A DNA stretch of 64,000 bases from an uncultured virus (IMG/VR IMGVR_UViG_3300025789_000021). Taxonomy: Duplodnaviria > Heunggongvirae > Uroviricota > Caudoviricetes. Below the pieces are notes generated by a model. The model was not told where the DNA came from and made no database searches. It was given only the letters and a program-made list of their open reading frames with translations. Location: IMG/VR virus record IMGVR_UViG_3300025789_000021, one strand, 5' to 3'. This document shows positions 9,701-22,800 of this stretch, in pieces. Each line of letters starts with the position of its first letter. Position 1 is the stretch's first letter. A program made the position numbers and the translations under genes.

Positions 9701-10092
9701 TTAGCATATCCAGACAGAAATGTATTGTTTGCATACACATTATTTGTTAAGTTTAAATTGTTTGCAGAAAAACTTCCTGAATGTCCAAGATTTCCATTGG
9801 AGTCAAAAGTTGAAAGGACCATCCAGTTAGATGTGGTGGCTTCATTGTCAATCGGAGATACACGCATGACGGCATTACCGGTATCATACCAAAACTGACC
9901 TCTGAGCGGATTTGCCGGAGGAGAACTGTTTGCAAAATTTTCAGTTACGTGCACAAAGTTCGTGTCAAATACTTGTCCATATCCCGGATATAATCTGCCG
10001 GGAAGACCAAGCGACGTTGAGGTGACATTAATAGTACCATCTGAAATGCTACATAGTGTTGTTCCGTCACTCTTATAGATAATATATGACAT
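6778..10092 (-). CDS. Long tail fibre protein
   Basis: Many QPNITSVGTL and GANVTGTV repeats; C-terminal GWTKLPNGLIMQWG...VTYPIAFP...WVAFGY tip domain typical of Mu S / P2 H-type fibres. Confidence 0.85.
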   Translation of the reverse strand: MSYIIYKSDGTTLCSISDGTINVTSTSLGLPGRLYPGYGQVFDTNFVHVTENFANSSPPANPLRGQFWYDTGNAVMRVSPIDNEATTSNWMVLSTFDSNGNLGHSGSFSANNLNLTNNVYANNTFLSGYANITQGISANGAYTGLFSDGIVVDYVVANGRISVGTSDGINFYNNGIGVNKIFGIDANGNITSGNATLGNSATATYFTGTLTTHAQPNITSVGTLSSLTVGNVSSNTLFGNGTINANGNITANYLLGNGSALSSITGANVTGYVPNANVANTVSVGAQPNITSATNLASIGTITTGVWQGSPIQPSYVATLNQNTTGYAATVSVSSQPNITQVSNSFTQLTFASNGSITMSGISSQIAGANLLSGTYLNGTLTTPAQPNITSLGTLQSLSVSGAISGATVNGNGSGLNSLSGPNVIGTVANANYALYAQQLVGGAGASTAVTVTANAQPNITSVGTLTGLVVSGNITGANLNGNHFGNGAGLTNINGANVTGTVPYAAVANSVAGANVSGPVANATYASQAGSLTAGVNATTANTVTNASQPNITTATNLVTVGTLNSLAVNGTIYTAGSFSGNGSGISYILAASVSGTVANAAYATSAGSVSGANVIGAVPSATIATSATTAGTVTTNAQPNITSVGTLTSLSVNGNITGANINGNFFGNLSGNGAAISSINGANVTGTVANAAYATSAGLAASATTAGTVTTAAQPNITSVGTLTLLSVNGNITGANLNGNHYGNGSGLTSITGANVTGTVSYAAVANSVAGANVTGTVSYAAVANSVAGANVTGTVSSASVASTVSTGAQPNITSVGTLTNLSVNGNISAGNLFATLVYGTVAIAAQPNITSLGTLSGLVSSNTVDTTTPNSGGTTGGLRLRANATSGNAYFQITDSTATTQWGYWLSNSSATANLIWSGNLSTAGTFYGNGAGLANITGANVTGTVSSATNAVYAGTAGVVNTITGPQVTTALGFTPYNATNPNNFVSLSAWTENFNAQGNSGLFYGGTKGGWTKLPNGLIMQWGNDETYHSGEGGVTVTYPIAFPNMVLSVVAVDRGNADAGNDMWVQVPYIGNTYCTIFYQASSGGNNGYGYRWVAFGY
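7697..7830. repeat. Exact 54-bp tandem repeat (about 2.5 copies) within the fibre gene
   Basis: gaaacagttcctgtgacattcgcacc... starts at 7697, 7751 and 7805; encodes GANVTGTVSYAAVANSVA. Confidence 0.9.
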
Positions 10093-10107
10093 TTACTTAT
10101 CCTGTTA

Positions 10108-10728
10108 TTAAATTGTCACCAAGTTGGTAAGAGCCTGAATTCTGACAGTATAATCTATCTGAATTTGCCTATTCAATGACTTTTGTACTGGGTGAAATAC
10201 TACGTGAGTTAACAATTGAGTTATAGGATTTCCGTTACTGTCAGTTCCATAATTTGCCAGTAGACCCAATTCATCAAATGTATATTCTGACACTAATGCG
10301 GTGCTATTGTCAAACGCCTGCTGTCCGGATGGTTCACCATAATCAAGTAGGCACTGTACCAGAATATCTGTATACAAATTGCCAGTAGTATGATATACAG
10401 TCATCTTATTTCTAGTTGGGTCTAGATTAAAAACACTAGTATCATCTACGATTTTAGCATAAGTCTGATTATACAGGCCAGCATTTAACCCAGTTGTATT
10501 TGGTGGAAGATAAGTGATGACCCCAGTTTCATCTACTGCTGCCGCGCCATTACCAAATGCCATTTGGTAAATCTGACCATAACCGCGATCACTGAGTGAA
10601 TTTGCAAGAGCAAGGCTCATCGTCTCGTAATTGATTGCATTTTTTTTATCTACAAAAACTTCACCGGAGTTGGGATCAAAGATTTTAATAAAGCCTTCAA
10701 CTTTATATTGTAGGTTGACAACTGACAT
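10108..10728 (-). CDS. Virion structural protein (baseplate / fibre attachment, putative)
   Basis: 206 aa between baseplate and fibre genes; C-terminal FDELGL...LTHVVFHPVQKS motif. Confidence 0.6.
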   Translation of the reverse strand: MSVVNLQYKVEGFIKIFDPNSGEVFVDKKNAINYETMSLALANSLSDRGYGQIYQMAFGNGAAAVDETGVITYLPPNTTGLNAGLYNQTYAKIVDDTSVFNLDPTRNKMTVYHTTGNLYTDILVQCLLDYGEPSGQQAFDNSTALVSEYTFDELGLLANYGTDSNGNPITQLLTHVVFHPVQKSLNRQIQIDYTVRIQALTNLVTI

Positions 10729-10868
10729 TAGTCATCCCCTCTTTTTTGCAATATAACTTCGTTAGAGTTAGGATCAAAGATTTTTACGCTGGAGGAAAAA
10801 TAAATTCCCCCAAACTCGTTTGGTTTTCCTGATTTTTGATTATTAGGATTATTTTCTGTGTTTTTCAT
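10728..10868 (-). CDS. Small protein (46 aa), absent from the ORF track
   Basis: MKNTENNPNNQKSGKPNEFGGIYFSSSVKIFDPNSNEVILQKRGDD; TAATG overlap with the next gene; alternative start at 10883. Confidence 0.65.
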   Translation of the reverse strand: MKNTENNPNNQKSGKPNEFGGIYFSSSVKIFDPNSNEVILQKRGDD

Positions 10869-10883
10869 CTGACTATTTATCAT

Positions 10884-13800
10884 TTAAGTTATATCCACTT
10901 CTAAGAATGTTGCAGGAATAGTTTGACTAATCTGCAATGGATCACCAAGTGTTGGGTTGTATACATATGAATTCCATGTCTGGTTATAGTAAGTATCTGG
11001 CAATTTGTTTGCTGACAATATGCTGAATACATCAGCATATTCCGGAATATATACCTGTGCGCCTGTGCCATTTGCCCCACGCTGCAATCCACCAAGTGTA
11101 TTAGTTACAGTATTGACAATACTGAATTTAATTTGTTCACCATTAATATATATAGTGTTGCCTATCAATGTAGTTATTGTCAGTGAGTTGCCCGCGTTAA
11201 TATAACTGCCAGTATTAATTACTAGTTCTGGTGCCAAACCAATGATCGTGATTTGATAGTTAGAACTACTTATATACTTTCTAGTAGTATTGTTATATAC
11301 AGAAATACCGGTAATGAGTGTTTTATCTACACCAGTCAATCCTATAGTATAAACGCCGCCACTTGCTGCCGGAACTATTGATGTCTGAGTAACACTATTA
11401 GTTACTGCACGGTAATCTTGTATATAAACCAAATCACTTTCTTGATATAATGGCTGAGTCAACCAAGTTCTTGATAGGTTATTTGCTCTATATACTGATG
11501 CCTGACCTAACTCATTAATGAAGTTCATATAGATTTCACCATTCGGCGTTGCAGTCGGAATCATATTAGTCATAATTACGGCTGATCCTGATGTAATGCT
11601 CGTCAGAATTCCAACTTCATTTGATGGATACAATCTGAGGCTTGATGAGGGGACTCTATACCCATTAATGGTAATCCATAGACGATCAGGATTATTCTGT
11701 TCCCACTGAGTTACGTTAACCACACCAGTTGCATCAGACAGGGTTACGTTTGTGCCATACTGTGAATATGCTACACTGAATTGAGTTGGACTATAAATTG
11801 TGCTTACGTAATATACTGTTCCCTGAATCAATCCACCAAGAATATTTGTGCCATCTGCTGAACCTGTTGCAGTAAACACTACAGGAGTTCCATAATCAAG
11901 AGTAGCAGTGCTCGCCACGGTGATTACATTACTGTTTCCACCACTTGAAACCGAAGTTGATGACGTTGTAGTATCAACTAGATAATAAGAACCTGCTACC
12001 CAAGTGTATCCCCCGCTTATGTAGGATGATATTTGTGTTACTGGGTTATTGACTGCATTTAATGCAGCACTGAATGGAGTAGTATACAAGTCAAATACAT
12101 TGGTATTAATTATTCTTGCATAATATTCGTTTCCATTAAGTTGATTTGATCCTACTGTCCCATCAATTCTGATTAATTGATTTTCTGTAAAGTAGTTGGT
12201 ACCGTTTGTGGTTACACGAACGGCTGGTGTTCCTCCAACAGTTACTAGCATTTCACCAGTGGCAGTAGTCACAGCAAACACGCTTCCCGGTACACCATTA
12301 ACGGCAGTTGCAGAAATTCTGAATGCGGTAGAACTCACTATACTTTGAACAAAATACACAGTTCCATCTGTAGCTATTCCCCCAAAACTAGTTCCTTGGA
12401 AAGTAACTGGTTGACCAACCACGAATCCGGAAGTACTAACAACTGTGATATTATTGGTACCAGAAGTTGTTGCGTTAGATGCCGTCACCGCATATGGAGA
12501 AGTAATATTATTTGAAATACTTACGATCTGACTAACAATATTTGAATTTGTCGCAGTAATTGTTTGAGTATTTAAATATTGTCTTCTAGTATCATTAAAT
12601 GTAGTGACTCCTATTTCTGACCCGTTTGATGGCGCAGAATTAAATGTAATTGTGTCGGCACTTGGATCAATTGTATAAGTGGACGGCGATGCTCGTAGTC
12701 CATTAACTTCTACAATTGCGTTAGATGGATTGCCTGCGCCAACATAGTTAGACAAAGCAAATTGCGTCTGAGAACCAGTTCCAGTAAACAATTGAGTTTC
12801 AGGTACTGTATATCCATACTGGATTGGTAACGTCTGACCAAATAATGAATATACCAGATAATCAGAATTATTTGTATAATTTCCTGTTGAGAAAATTATC
12901 ATTGCAGAAGTTCCATTTGGTTGGATACCAAAGGCATAATCATATGTTACGAACGTTGCGCCGCCTTGTTGAGTAGTCAGCGATAATACTGGACCCGATG
13001 GAGTTGCGGATATAGTAAAGGTTGTGCTACTTAATATCTGTGCCACATAATATCTTTGTAGAGGAACAATGTCAGGTCCAAACATATTTGCACTGAAGGT
13101 GATAGGCGTATTGACTACCATTCTAGAAGTTGAATTTGTTGTTATGGCGTTAGTTCCAGTAGTAGTGTTAGTAACGATATCTGTGCCACCAGCAATTAAT
13201 TTCGTACCATTATGATAAATTATTGGCGATGTCCATGTCAATCCCGTTCCTGCCTGAACAATTACATACATGGTTCCTGTTGCATCAGTGACATCTAAAA
13301 TGGGACCAGGCTGTCCAGTAGCCGAATTGAACGATGCGGATATGGTTATTGTATTGGTTGCTTTACTAATACTCTTTACATAATATACAGTGTCTGGATT
13401 AATTCCACCAAAAGTTATCCCTTCAAATGTTATTGGTGAATTAAGAGACAGATTTGATAAATTATTGCATAGAATTCCATTACCATTACTGATAGTCTGA
13501 GTTGCAATGGTATCAATATCATATGTACCCGGCTGTATTACACCACTTCCTTGATAGATTGGCGCACTGTAATTACAGTCTACATAGATTTCATTAAATC
13601 CGGATACCGGATCAACCCGAATAGGATCAACATTGCTATTTGATTTAATCAATTGGTTACCATTTCCTACTTCATATACATCTAAGCGAATCGTTTCAGT
13701 AATAGGATATGGAAGCGGGTTAGTAAGAGTAAAGGTCTTATTAATCCAATTAACCGTATAATCAATGCCATTATTTAATGTTGTTCCTAGTCCGGATGCT

Positions 13801-16800
13801 ACACCCACTGTCTGTACAAAGATTTGTGCAGGGAAATGAGCGATTCCAGCAAAACTATATGTCGCCTGTGTTCCGGAGGTTGGGACAAGATTCTTGGACA
13901 CCACATTATACCCAGAGTGACCGTATTGTTCAATGTTCCAATCGGTTCCCGGACGAGTTGCGACCGTCATCGCAACGTTATCTGTTACTACTCCCGGAAC
14001 CAATTCTTCGGGACCGTATCCATACTGGAATGGTGCACCCTGAACATCATATGTTGGTACAGGCAGTCCAGTATTATTAAATGGCTGATCCTGTAATACC
14101 GTATCCAATGGATACTGTAGTGATGGCTGGAATTCATTACCATAGTAAATTGAGTTAGGATACGTGACTCCATCAAATAACTGAGTTAAGTCAACACCCG
14201 GCATATTTGTTGTAGGGGCATAATAACCAATTACTCTATCCATTGCATTCAATCGTGGATCATCAGAGTCAAGAATTTGCCATTTACCTATTACAAAGTT
14301 TTTGTCATTATTTGAAACAACGCAGATGTATACTCTGCCGTTAAATTTAACAATTGATTGATTAAAGAAGAATGGTTCAGGCAAGAATGCAAAACTTCCA
14401 GCTTTGGCAATAGTGAAGTTTGTGTTTGCAGTTGATGTAACCGTAATGGCGCTTCCACCCGGAATTGTTGTTACCTGAATTTGAGTGCTGTTAAGAATTG
14501 CAGAAATATAATATGTCAAGTATGGAGAGATATTAGAAACTGCAGTACTAGTATTACCAGTAAACACAACTGCATCATTAACACTAAATTTAGAAGTATC
14601 AGAAATTGTCAATGAATTATTTGATACAGTGACCGAATTTACAGTATCAATCGTAAATCCACCAAAACCAAGATTTATTCCACTTACCGGCACAGTCATT
14701 GATGGGTTAGCATATACTTCAACTTGATTTGGGGATATCACTTTTAAGTAGCATGTCAGTGATGGATATGGCACGATTCCAGAACAGATTACGCTCGTGA
14801 TTCCTCCAGAAGAGTTAATATTATTAACCTGCAATACTGCATCATTTAATGGCGTTGTTCCACCAAGGACCGTTCCACTGATTGTAATAGTATTGTTTAG
14901 CGCAAACCCTGATCCAGCACTAGTGATTATCGCCCTGTATCCACCTAAAATATACGACATATCAAATGTAGGAGTTGAAGTTATGTATTGATTCAACACC
15001 GAACCCGTTGTGGAGTTGCTTAAAGTTACTGGTGGGCCACCCGCAGTTGCAGAAACAGTAATATATGGATCACCAACCCCTGTCATAGTACCATTGTCTG
15101 TAGTTAGTGTGAGAGTTGCACCACCTTTAGTCAAAGACACAGTAAAGTGAGTTGAATCGGCAATGCTAGATACAAAATACTGCTTGCCAGTTAAGATGCC
15201 ACCAAGTCCCTGTCCAGAAAATACGATTGACATGCCAACATACATATATGATGTGTCGTCGCCCGTTAGTAGATTTCCGTCAGATGATGTTCCGGTAACA
15301 TTTACTTGAATATTATTCACCCCGGTTTGACCAGAATATGTCAATACATAATATGTAGTATTAGATGAAAGACCACCAATGGCAGTTGCAAACTGAATTG
15401 GCATATTAACATAGAACAAATCAGTCCCACCAGAAACAGAATCAATAGCAACAATATTATTACCGTTAGCAACGGTTGCATTTACGTTTCTCTGAATCAG
15501 ATTTCCAACAATACCGCTAGTAATATTCGGATATTGACCAGATGTTCCGTACAGTGTAAATTTTTGACCATTTATTTGTCCGGGACTTACTGGCAGCGAC
15601 ACGTTCATGGTCATTGCACCAGTATCCGTAGTTAATTGAACACTATCAATTTGGTCGGTAATCAATGCTGTTCCAGTTGCATTTGACAACGTAAGGATAG
15701 AACCATTAATATACTGGGAAATCTGCATCGTTGTACCACTGAGAATATTACTTACATAGTAAGTAGTACCTGCCACAATTCCACCAAATGCGGTTACAGG
15801 GCTTCCCGAAATAGTCATTTGCGTAAAGATAATCGGATCGTTTACATTAAATTGGAATGTGCTTCCCACAGTGATGACATTAGTACTAGATGCTGTTGAT
15901 GTCATTGTAGTAGTCAGCGGGTTTTCATTTGCAGAAATTGTAAATGTCTGTTGATCAATTACTGTGCTAATATAATAAACTTGATTTTCTACGACTCCTC
16001 CAATCACACCGTCACTGAAAAATACTGGAAGATTTTGATAGAAACTGCTTGTTCCACCAGTTCCAATAACACTAGTTGGGACAGTCAGATAATTGGTTCC
16101 TGAGGTAGTATTAGTAACAGTCAATATTCCGGGATAATTTATATCAAGAACCGCAGTATCAACAATCTGAGCAGTCAGACATGTCATTGGTATTGAGCCT
16201 ATGGTTGCCGTAGTTAAAGAAACTACGGAACCATTTTGTGTTGCGGAGACTGTAAATGCAGTTTCACTTATTACTTGCGCAACATAATATTCTTGATTGG
16301 CCACTAATCCACCAATCACTGCACCATTAAACTGGACCGGCATACCGACATAAAATCCAATTGTCGTTCCCGAGGCATTTGGTTCAGGATTAGATGGGTT
16401 GTTATTATTGTCTTGTGGAATTAAGGTGATAGCATTATTGCTACTGCTTGTGCCACTAACATATCTAATGGTTGATGACCAATCAGTTTGTCTATTATTA
16501 GCCACGCTAACAATTTCAAATACTGCGCCTTGTGCCGATGCCAAGATTCCAGAAATAGATGGATTGACGCTTTCTAATTGAATGGAAGAACTTGATACTT
16601 GGTTAATATTCAAGTAGTTTCCAGCAAAGAATGATCCATAATACTCACCGGCTTTCCAATCAATTACTTGAGATTTGTAAGTTGTTCTGTCAAACTTAAC
16701 GGTAATATTATTTTCTCTTATAGGATAAGATGTTGAAATGGCATATGCCCGTGCACCTAAGTTAAAACTTAAAGTGTTGGTTGTTCCCTTATCATATATC

Positions 16801-19800
16801 TGAATTCTATTTTTATCATTTATAGCATCGCGATATGAAGAATACAATGCAATAACAGAGGTTGGGTTCGTCTGTAACACATTTACATAATACCATTCGT
16901 TATCTGATAGCAGTCCGATACCAACCTTATCAGCGCCAGCCTTATATTGGATTACGTTACCTGTCTGTAAGTTAGGTGCATAAACAACCACAGTATGTAA
17001 TAAAGAGTTGATTGCAGTATTGGTAAATGAAATTGTTGTTGACGGATCAATTACAATTTCTGGTGTGATGGCATAGCCCTCACCCGGATTAATTACATCA
17101 ATATTTAATACGGAATCAATGCCCATAACCGCTTGTAGTTGTGCGGGAACTGTTGGAGGCGGATAAAGGGTTGTATCAATATATGCCGTTACCTTTGGAG
17201 TATTTACATATCCTGCGCCACCGTTCAATAGAACTACCGGAGGAAGATTTATTGTGATTTTTGCGCCCGGAAAATGATTGGACACTGTAGTTCCATTATA
17301 TCCTCTTGTTAGACCAGCAATAAGATTCAGTGACGTATCAACCGCACTATATTGAATCTGTTCATTGTCAATAGTTAGAATACCATTAATAGGAAAACCA
17401 TTGGCATTTTCAACTATCATGCTATTTGACTTTAAATCCATATATGAAGTTAATGTAGTCATCAAGTAGTCTGGCTGACCGGTCAATGATACTCCATAGT
17501 TCTGTTTCCATTGAGTATATGGTGCAGTTGACCAAATGCTGTCAGTATTAGCATATTCATATTCATTACTTGGTAAACCATACACAATCTGGGGAGATAT
17601 AAATTTTTGATAAGTGCTATTATATTGTGCAGGAAGGTCAAAATCTGTCAGATTTCCTACATAATCTTCATTTCCTTTATAATCATATAAGAAATCTTTG
17701 ATCAATACATGATATGGTTTAGTTTCATTAATATAGCCACTCAAGAAATCAAAATTATCTGTTACATAATTTTCATATGGCAGAAGTTCACGAAGAGTGT
17801 GCTGTACATCAAGTAATGATGTTTTATTTAACCATGGCAAGAAATTTTGGGATTCTACAGTTTCACTCTGAATGTATTCAAACATCAGAATTAGGCTTGA
17901 ATTTCTATACTGAAGTAAGTCTTCAGTAAAGATTTGTTCATTTAGTGCGCGGATAATATAATATGTCTCTTGACTTGGATAGTCGTCATATACGCCAGTA
18001 TCAAAGAAGTTTCCATCCCATCCAAACTGACCGCTTGCATAATCCCACAATGTAGAATTAAACTGAATGGTACCATTCTGAAGTCCGACACGAGTCCATA
18101 CACCATTACCATCATAGCGATAAGTTTCAGTATTACCATTTTTACTTTGTAATACAGTAACAATAGTTCCTGAAGATACATTTAATGTTTTTAGATCAGC
18201 ATAATATGGAACCTGATAAAGCGATTTGGTATTATTGTCGTATCCAGCAGCCCACCAATTTGTATATGACCAATAATCTGACGTAGTGTAATATTCACCT
18301 GAGGCAAACAAAAACGTAGAGTCCGGTCTTAGTTCAGCGATGGGATATTGAATTAAAATACTATTAGCATATGTTAAATAGTTGTTAAGTGCTAAAAATC
18401 TGTCATAAAAGAAACTTTGTCTTGGATGGGACATTACGCCAGACTGCACCGCAAGTGGCAAGAATGGGTCAGGAACAACTGCTCCGGATTTATCACATCC
18501 GGAAAATGAATACAATAACCTTTCATACAATGCAGTAGGAATTCCTGTATAATTAAAATTATTTCCAAATGTCGCGACTGTTGTCTGTCTTTTCACTATA
18601 GGAGGAAAACCGGTCAGGAAACTTTTAGGATCGCCCTGATTAATAAGTGCAAATTCTTCATGTGAGACGTCTTGTGCCTTTGCAGTTGAATATCCGATAT
18701 GAAATATTGAATCTTTTCCGTTAAAAAATGTAGATGCATTATAAAGCCCAATCGTGTTTGGAGACAATGGGGCAACAAATGGAATACCGGACGCAGACGG
18801 ATTTGCAATATATGTGGATACAATTGAATCTGATAATGATTTATTTCTCTGATCAAATATAATATTAGTGTTGCGTACCCAGAAATAATAAACTGGAGAA
18901 ACAACGTTTGAAGAATTCAATACGCTTGCAACGCAATATTTATTGATATCATATACGCTGCCTGAACCACTATATTTATTTGGCGGAGAGAAACTTGCTA
19001 CCCAAGTATATACTGCGACATCTGAACCCGGAAATACCGATCCCCAATATTTACTATTGTATGTTACATCATTTTGGTGATAGTTTACCCATCGGATATT
19101 AGTTACATCCAACCAAAGCTGACCGACTTGTGCAGTGCCCCACATGTTACCATTGTTATTAGCAAGATTGCTATTGTATGATGCAGGGTCAACGCTTGTA
19201 ACGTAATCCAGATTTTCGCGGGCTGCACCAAGCAACTTGCCCTGTAATGGGTCCATGTAATCAAAGTTTACAAGGGTCTGGTTGCTTGTTGCACTGTAAA
19301 GTTGTGAGTTCTGAATGGAGTTGATATCAACCACTGGTGCAGAATTTCTATATACGGACCAGACTGGAACACCTGTTGGGTTTGTATATACCAGAACTTG
19401 ACCATTATTTACACCAGTCAAGAAGTTTGGAGTTCCAATAACAATTGTGTTATCGTTAATATCAAGAGCAGTACCATACATAGGCGAGTTACCATATGAT
19501 GTTGAATTGTCATTGACACTCTGAGCGTACACATATTGTCCCGGTGTTGTCAAGCTTTCATTATAATCAGCAAGATACTGGAAGAGATAGACTGCGCCTG
19601 CATTTGGATATGAATCAACAAATTGAGTTGCATTATTATCAAATACGGTATCGTTGCTTAAATTAAAAGCATCTACAAAATCAAATAACGTGCCTTCGTA
19701 ACGAGTGTCAGTTGGTGCTGAAACCACCATATTATTGAACGCGTCAATTTTAATACTAGTACCAAATTGTGTTGGACCAGAAGCATATGGACACTGTAGT

Positions 19801-22800
19801 ACTTGTGTTTCTGTGTATGGCTGGAAGCCCAATTCAGAAAATGCAGTAGTATTAAATGCAGTGATTACTAACTTTTTATTAACTGGCGCAATTGCACTAT
19901 CAATGCACTGAATAATAATATTATTATTACTAGTGGCAGCAGCCTGAATATTAATCAAACCTGAGGTATTAATTGCATTAGCAACCTGAATTGCCGTCCA
20001 TCCAGAAGAAAGATTTACCGCATATCCGTTGATCAGAACTGTTGTTGAAGAAACAATATTACATCCAGTAGTCCCAACGACAACACCATACTTGGCACCA
20101 CCATTTGAAAACTTATAAACTGCTCCTTCTTGACCATTAATGTCACTTATTTCAAATGGCGATCCAACAAGAATATCAGAACCGCTATTAGCATTTGCGA
20201 CAGCATAACCAAAGTGAATTCCTGTTCGGTCATGATAATTGGAATTAAATGTCTGAGCTAAGAAAAACTTACTGTCATTGACATTTAAAATATCACCAGC
20301 ATTTAAATTACTATAATAATATAAGTTGGTGCCAATTATTGCATAGTTACTATCATCAACAATCGTGCCGTTAACAGATACATACAGTGGTGTCACTTGA
20401 ACATAAACATTTACGCCAGTTAATGACACACTATTTAAATCTACTACAGTTGTGGTAATACGGCTTGTTTTTATCGTAATATTGTTACCTGATATAGAAG
20501 CGATGTAGTATACTCGCGCGGCATTGATACCAGTTCCAGCCAATGACGCACCAGTGAAGGCTATTGGGGTATTTACGGCATATGCACTCATGCTCGTGCT
20601 GCATGTGATTGTATCATTGGATGAGTTTGTAGCACTAGCAGTAATAGTAGCGGTCGCGACAGGAGTCCAAGCCAACGGGAACACTGATGTCTGGTTAGGA
20701 ACTTGACCTGATTGCACTTGGAAATTCTGTTCAGTGCGATTCAATACAGACACTTGTCCCCAATCTTCAATAGTCATGCTATAATTTTTGAGTGGCGCTC
20801 CAGCAATCAATATGCTACCGTCTTGATTGGTTGAAAGAGAGGCGCTGAAATTATCCCCCGAAGTATACCCATAGGTTGATCCAGTGATTTCACTTGCATA
20901 GCGATATGTTACTTGAGTTGCGGTACCTGATCCAGTGCCCGCTCCAGTGGCAATAAAGGTGATTCCGACCGCATTATATGAAGCGCCAATTGCCGTGAAA
21001 TCTGTTGAACCAAGTTCGGTAATTACATAAGTCTGGCCTGTATTAAAATATCCAGCCTGCAAAGGAATATTGTCTCTACGATAAACGTAGATGTTGTTGT
21101 TTGTAATATCGGAAATGTAAATCCAGTTTGCATCACCAGAAATTGCTACTGCACTGCCCCAGTTGGTTACCCCACCCGGCGCTGTGATGGCACTCTGATA
21201 TTGAATCAGGTTGTCACCTAATGGACTATTATTAAGTGTATAAATGAATACCTCAGGCGTTCCTGTGGGCTGAGATACGACATAGATATCGTTTGATGCG
21301 GAATACGAAATTTCAGAACCAAATGATGTTCCGTTAGTAATTGTCTGGTAAATTTCATATTCTTGAGTTAATGAATTGAGTACATATCTATAGACATTTC
21401 CTGCGGCAGCATCGCCAACAAGATATCCGATATCAGGAGTGTAGGCAACTGCTGAACCAAATGTGGAGGTTGATACCGGTTGATTAAGAAGTGTGTTCTG
21501 CATAACATAGTTGTTAGCTTTAAGCAATACCGCCCAATTACCATCAACATTGTTATCTACCCATACCAAATTATCAATGAAGTCTGCCTGAGTGAGATTT
21601 AGATTTCCAATATCGGATGGATTAGTTACACGATGTGACTTAAATGTCAACCCGATACCTAATCCCTGAATTGAATTTTGTGTAGTATTATTAAGGTTTA
21701 AATTAATTACCGCTTCATATATACTTGGAACATCAATGACAATATAATAACCATTTACGTTAGATGCAAAATTCACAATAGACAAAGACTGCAATCTAGC
21801 CAAATTGTGAGGAGCACTAAAAGTTAATGTTACGGTAGAATTGTTATTATTACGAACCTGTAATATCTGTCCGACAACCTCCCAAGAATAAACTCCCCAA
21901 TCCTGCATAAAGTTTGCCAACCATGCATATTGTCCGACATAAAAATTCTGAATTGGCACTATAGCGCCACTGGAATTGGTTGCACGGGGAAGACCTGCAT
22001 AATAGTAAGATGCTAGTGTTATATCGTTGAAGTTTACAAACCCAGCATTTGGGTATGTGTTATTCACTGAAGGATTAGAGGTTACAGGCAAAAAATTAGG
22101 AGAGGAAATAGGAGTACCATAGTTGTACAGCGTATTCAATGGAATCTCTTGCATTGCGCCGTTAGTATTAATGGTTCCGTCTGTTAAACTTACAATTGAT
22201 GGGTCTCCCGTCATGTCACGAGCATTGATGGAAAAATCAATAAAATTATTATTTAGAGTTCCGCCAAATTTTCCGGACAGTATTGACCATATTTCATTGA
22301 CTGAATAGTTGATGCCACCAGTTGGTAAATTTGCACCTTCAAATGCACTTACTGAATTTAAAGTTCCTTTATTAATAATCAGATTCTGATAAACCTGAAC
22401 TTGAGCAACATTAGTTAAATCAAGCAATGCCAAATAATCTCTTGGTCGGTAGCCAATCAGTGAATACCCAAGTGTGTCGGCATCATCATGAAGGTTTGCT
22501 TGATTGATATCATAAAATAATGTGCTTTCATATGCCCTCGTTGATGGATTTGAAAGCATGCCAATTTGGATTGCTTCGTAATTGGTCAATTTCCACTGAG
22601 ATGGATTAAATTGAGTTGCAGGATTTACCACAACTTGTGCCTGATAATAATTGTTCTTATAAAGCACTACCGAACCCCGCGTATATTTCACTGCTGGGTC
22701 CCATTCTTGCACATTATCCTGATTGAGAATAAATCCACCAGCATACATTGTCCCGTTCCATTCAGCCGATTTTTCTCCACGAAGGAAAATGCGGTCTTGT

